64,000 bases of DNA, taken from positions 62,001 through 126,000 of the IMG/VR virus record IMGVR_UViG_3300043446_004613; one strand, 5' to 3'. A program made the translations under genes and the position numbers. Under the pieces are notes generated by a model. It was given only the letters and a program-made list of their open reading frames with translations. It did not search any database and was not told the DNA's origin. Positions 62,056-64,000 of the stretch are shown here, in pieces; positions within the stretch are counted from its first letter, which is position 1; every line of letters starts with the position of its first letter.

Positions 62056-62980
62056 TTTTATGCGTAGCCTAATTGCAATCAAAACCTATCGCCGACTCCA
62101 CGCCCTCAAAGCTATGATGTCGGGCATCGAACAACACTGTCCGCAGTATCACTGCATTATCAGCGAAGACTGCGGTCAGCGTGATGGAACGACAGATTTC
62201 ATTACTAAAGGCCGTGTCGGCACAGCTGTGCCGGAACTGCTGTCGACAAAGCATGTCGTTGAAAGCGGCGACGCTAACTTCATTAACGCAGATGTATACA
62301 CTGGAGACGTAAATCTGGGTGTTACAGGCAACAACAACCGTTTGCTCAAGCTGTTCATGGATGGCGAGTGGGATCACCTGCTGCTGTGCGATGACGATTT
62401 GCTCGTGACGGGTGATTTCGTTGAAGCATACGCGAACGCCCATGCAGACCTTGGTGTGGACATGTTTTGCTTCTGCGACTTCACTGAAGCATCTCCAGCC
62501 ATATCCGGTGCCCCGGAAACGTATAAATGGACTACTTATCCGATGCGCGGTTATCAAGTAAAGTTTCTACCCCGCTTCACCGGCATCATGATGTCGGTAA
62601 CACGCAGCCTCATTGAAAAGATAGGCTACATGGATGCCGAGTTCGGCAAGTTTGGAGAAGAACACTGCGACTGGACAATTCGTGCGCGTATGGCAGGCGG
62701 CATACGTCTGAACAACACGGATATGAATTGTTTGGACATCGCCCATAACCGCCTGACCCATCAAAACGTACAGACCAGTATGTCAGGTTCAGCGCGTAAG
62801 CACGCTGATCAAGAAGCCCACGTCGCTATGCAGCGGGCTGCCTATGAATACCGTTTGCGTCACTATTACCGGCCCTTCCGTCTTACCTATCCAGTGATGG
62901 CGGCAGGCCATTCCGGTGTCGGCGTGCCCTGCCGCCAGCTGGATCAGATCGGCTATAGACTCGTGAACGCCCCTGCGTAG
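62045..62980 (+). CDS. GT2-family glycosyltransferase
   Basis: IISED, LGVTGNNN, LLCDDD, IGYMD..FG.FG.EH.DW..R. Confidence 0.8.
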   Translation: MTSNFMRSLIAIKTYRRLHALKAMMSGIEQHCPQYHCIISEDCGQRDGTTDFITKGRVGTAVPELLSTKHVVESGDANFINADVYTGDVNLGVTGNNNRLLKLFMDGEWDHLLLCDDDLLVTGDFVEAYANAHADLGVDMFCFCDFTEASPAISGAPETYKWTTYPMRGYQVKFLPRFTGIMMSVTRSLIEKIGYMDAEFGKFGEEHCDWTIRARMAGGIRLNNTDMNCLDIAHNRLTHQNVQTSMSGSARKHADQEAHVAMQRAAYEYRLRHYYRPFRLTYPVMAAGHSGVGVPCRQLDQIGYRLVNAPA

Positions 62981-62987
62981 TTAGGCT

Positions 62988-63635
62988 GTGACTAAGAATC
63001 CGCATCTGAAGAAATTACTCGGCGAATCGGAACACGACGAGGTTCACCGCTACGCCGATGCTATGCAGCAAACGCCGCAGAACGGACGCGAAGCATACCC
63101 AGATCAGCCTGAGCTTGCCTCTGCGTTTGATCGGCTGCATTTGCAGGATAAGTCGTTGGACGAACTGCGCGACATGGTTGCCAATCAAGCGCTAAACGGC
63201 TTTGAGCTTGAGGTCGTAAACAACGAGATCGAGTTTTTGAGCGGACTCTCTGAAAATCTCGAAGATCAGCAGAATATGCCCGCACGTCCAAAAGACGAGA
63301 CGCAGGACGACACGCCGATCAAGCCGAAAAGTAACAAGGCGGCCAGCTTCGGAAACGTCAACGTGGAACTGGCTCCGAGCGTGCGGGAATTGATCGGTCT
63401 TTGGAAGCGCGGCGAGCACATGGCAGTTGCCGCCCGCTTGATGTTCACGCCAGCGAGCTATGTCGATTTCATTGCGTTATCTTTTACCATTGGTCAAGCT
63501 GGTGCAATGGAATTGGCTGGTTTACTGGATGAACTTTCAGATACCGAAAATATGCGACCGCCGTCCACCCCGCCAGAGTACAAAGAATTGCTTCAAAAAG
63601 TCGCAGGAGCAAACGCAGAGGAAAACGTTATATGA
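62988..63635 (+). CDS. acidic hypothetical protein with KKLLGE leader
   Basis: GTG start 4 nt after TAGTTA; MTKNPHLKKLLGESE. Confidence 0.7.
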   Translation: MTKNPHLKKLLGESEHDEVHRYADAMQQTPQNGREAYPDQPELASAFDRLHLQDKSLDELRDMVANQALNGFELEVVNNEIEFLSGLSENLEDQQNMPARPKDETQDDTPIKPKSNKAASFGNVNVELAPSVRELIGLWKRGEHMAVAARLMFTPASYVDFIALSFTIGQAGAMELAGLLDELSDTENMRPPSTPPEYKELLQKVAGANAEENVI

Positions 63636-64000
63636 GCAGCAACCCCCTTTTAGCCCGCGCCCTTGGTGAATCAACCGGCGATGTCGTGCCGGTTCTCGCC
63701 AATGTACCGCGCAGCACGCAACGCAGTCGTCTTGAGCGCCTGCGCCAGCGCCGTGATCCAGAAGGTATTGAATCCAAAAATGAAAGCCATCGGCGCGACA
63801 TCTCGCGCCTGATCGGTGAATCTGAAACCGATGAGCAGCAAAAGCGCAGCGATAGCGTTATCCCGGACGAAGCAGAGGAGATTGATAAGAGCGCCTACAC
63901 TGTAGGCAAGCCGATTGATCCGCCCAAGAAAGTCGTGCAGGAACCGTCGCATCCAACAGCTGATAAGGAGAAGTACATTACTCCGGCATCTGCTTTGACT
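63632..64000 (+). CDS. hypothetical protein, partial (RALGE leader)
   Basis: Manual translation MSSNPLLARALGEST...ISRLIGESE... open to the window end; ATGA overlap. Confidence 0.65.
   Translation, partial: MSSNPLLARALGESTGDVVPVLANVPRSTQRSRLERLRQRRDPEGIESKNESHRRDISRLIGESETDEQQKRSDSVIPDEAEEIDKSAYTVGKPIDPPKKVVQEPSHPTADKEKYITPASALT

Noticed and set aside
1-64000. Stop-codon reassignment (TAG or TGA), as seen in some jumbo phages
   Set aside because: PolA, RecA, helicase and LigA are intact under code 11, all three stops end genes at sensible boundaries, and LigA ends in TAG after its BRCT domain
1-64000. Diversity-generating retroelement, retron, integrase or IS element
   Set aside because: No reverse transcriptase, recombinase or transposase motifs and no template/variable repeat pair noticed by eye

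Overview
This window is part of a large (jumbo-type) tailed-phage genome in standard code 11, with densely packed genes on both strands. It has T4-superfamily-like modules: a gp6-like baseplate wedge, gp13-like neck, gp32-like SSB, UvsX/RecA and UvsY-like proteins and a DnaB/gp41-like helicase. The replicase is instead a family A DNA polymerase with an N-terminal UDG-like domain. Also present are NAD-dependent ligase, a DinG helicase, RusA, HU, a tubulin/FtsZ-family GTPase, two sigma-like factors, orphan PAS and receiver proteins, about 13 dispersed glycan-synthesis or modification genes, an initiator tRNA and a tmRNA. The most notable unexplained signals are: (1) two conserved motifs, GTANTTA and GTTCTT, 4-9 nt upstream of about 35 start codons with no Shine-Dalgarno, plus sigma70 promoters whose predicted +1 falls on the start codon, suggesting a largely leaderless expression programme; (2) a recurring N-terminal '...IVxxLLE' leader on many proteins, a candidate capsid-targeting/prohead-protease signal; (3) a 114-nt tRNA-like RNA with no canonical anticodon arm and its own promoter; (4) a pseudoknotted ~160-nt RNA between tRNA-fMet and tmRNA; (5) a 32-codon tmRNA tag. 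All family assignments come from motif recognition by eye; no database searches were run.
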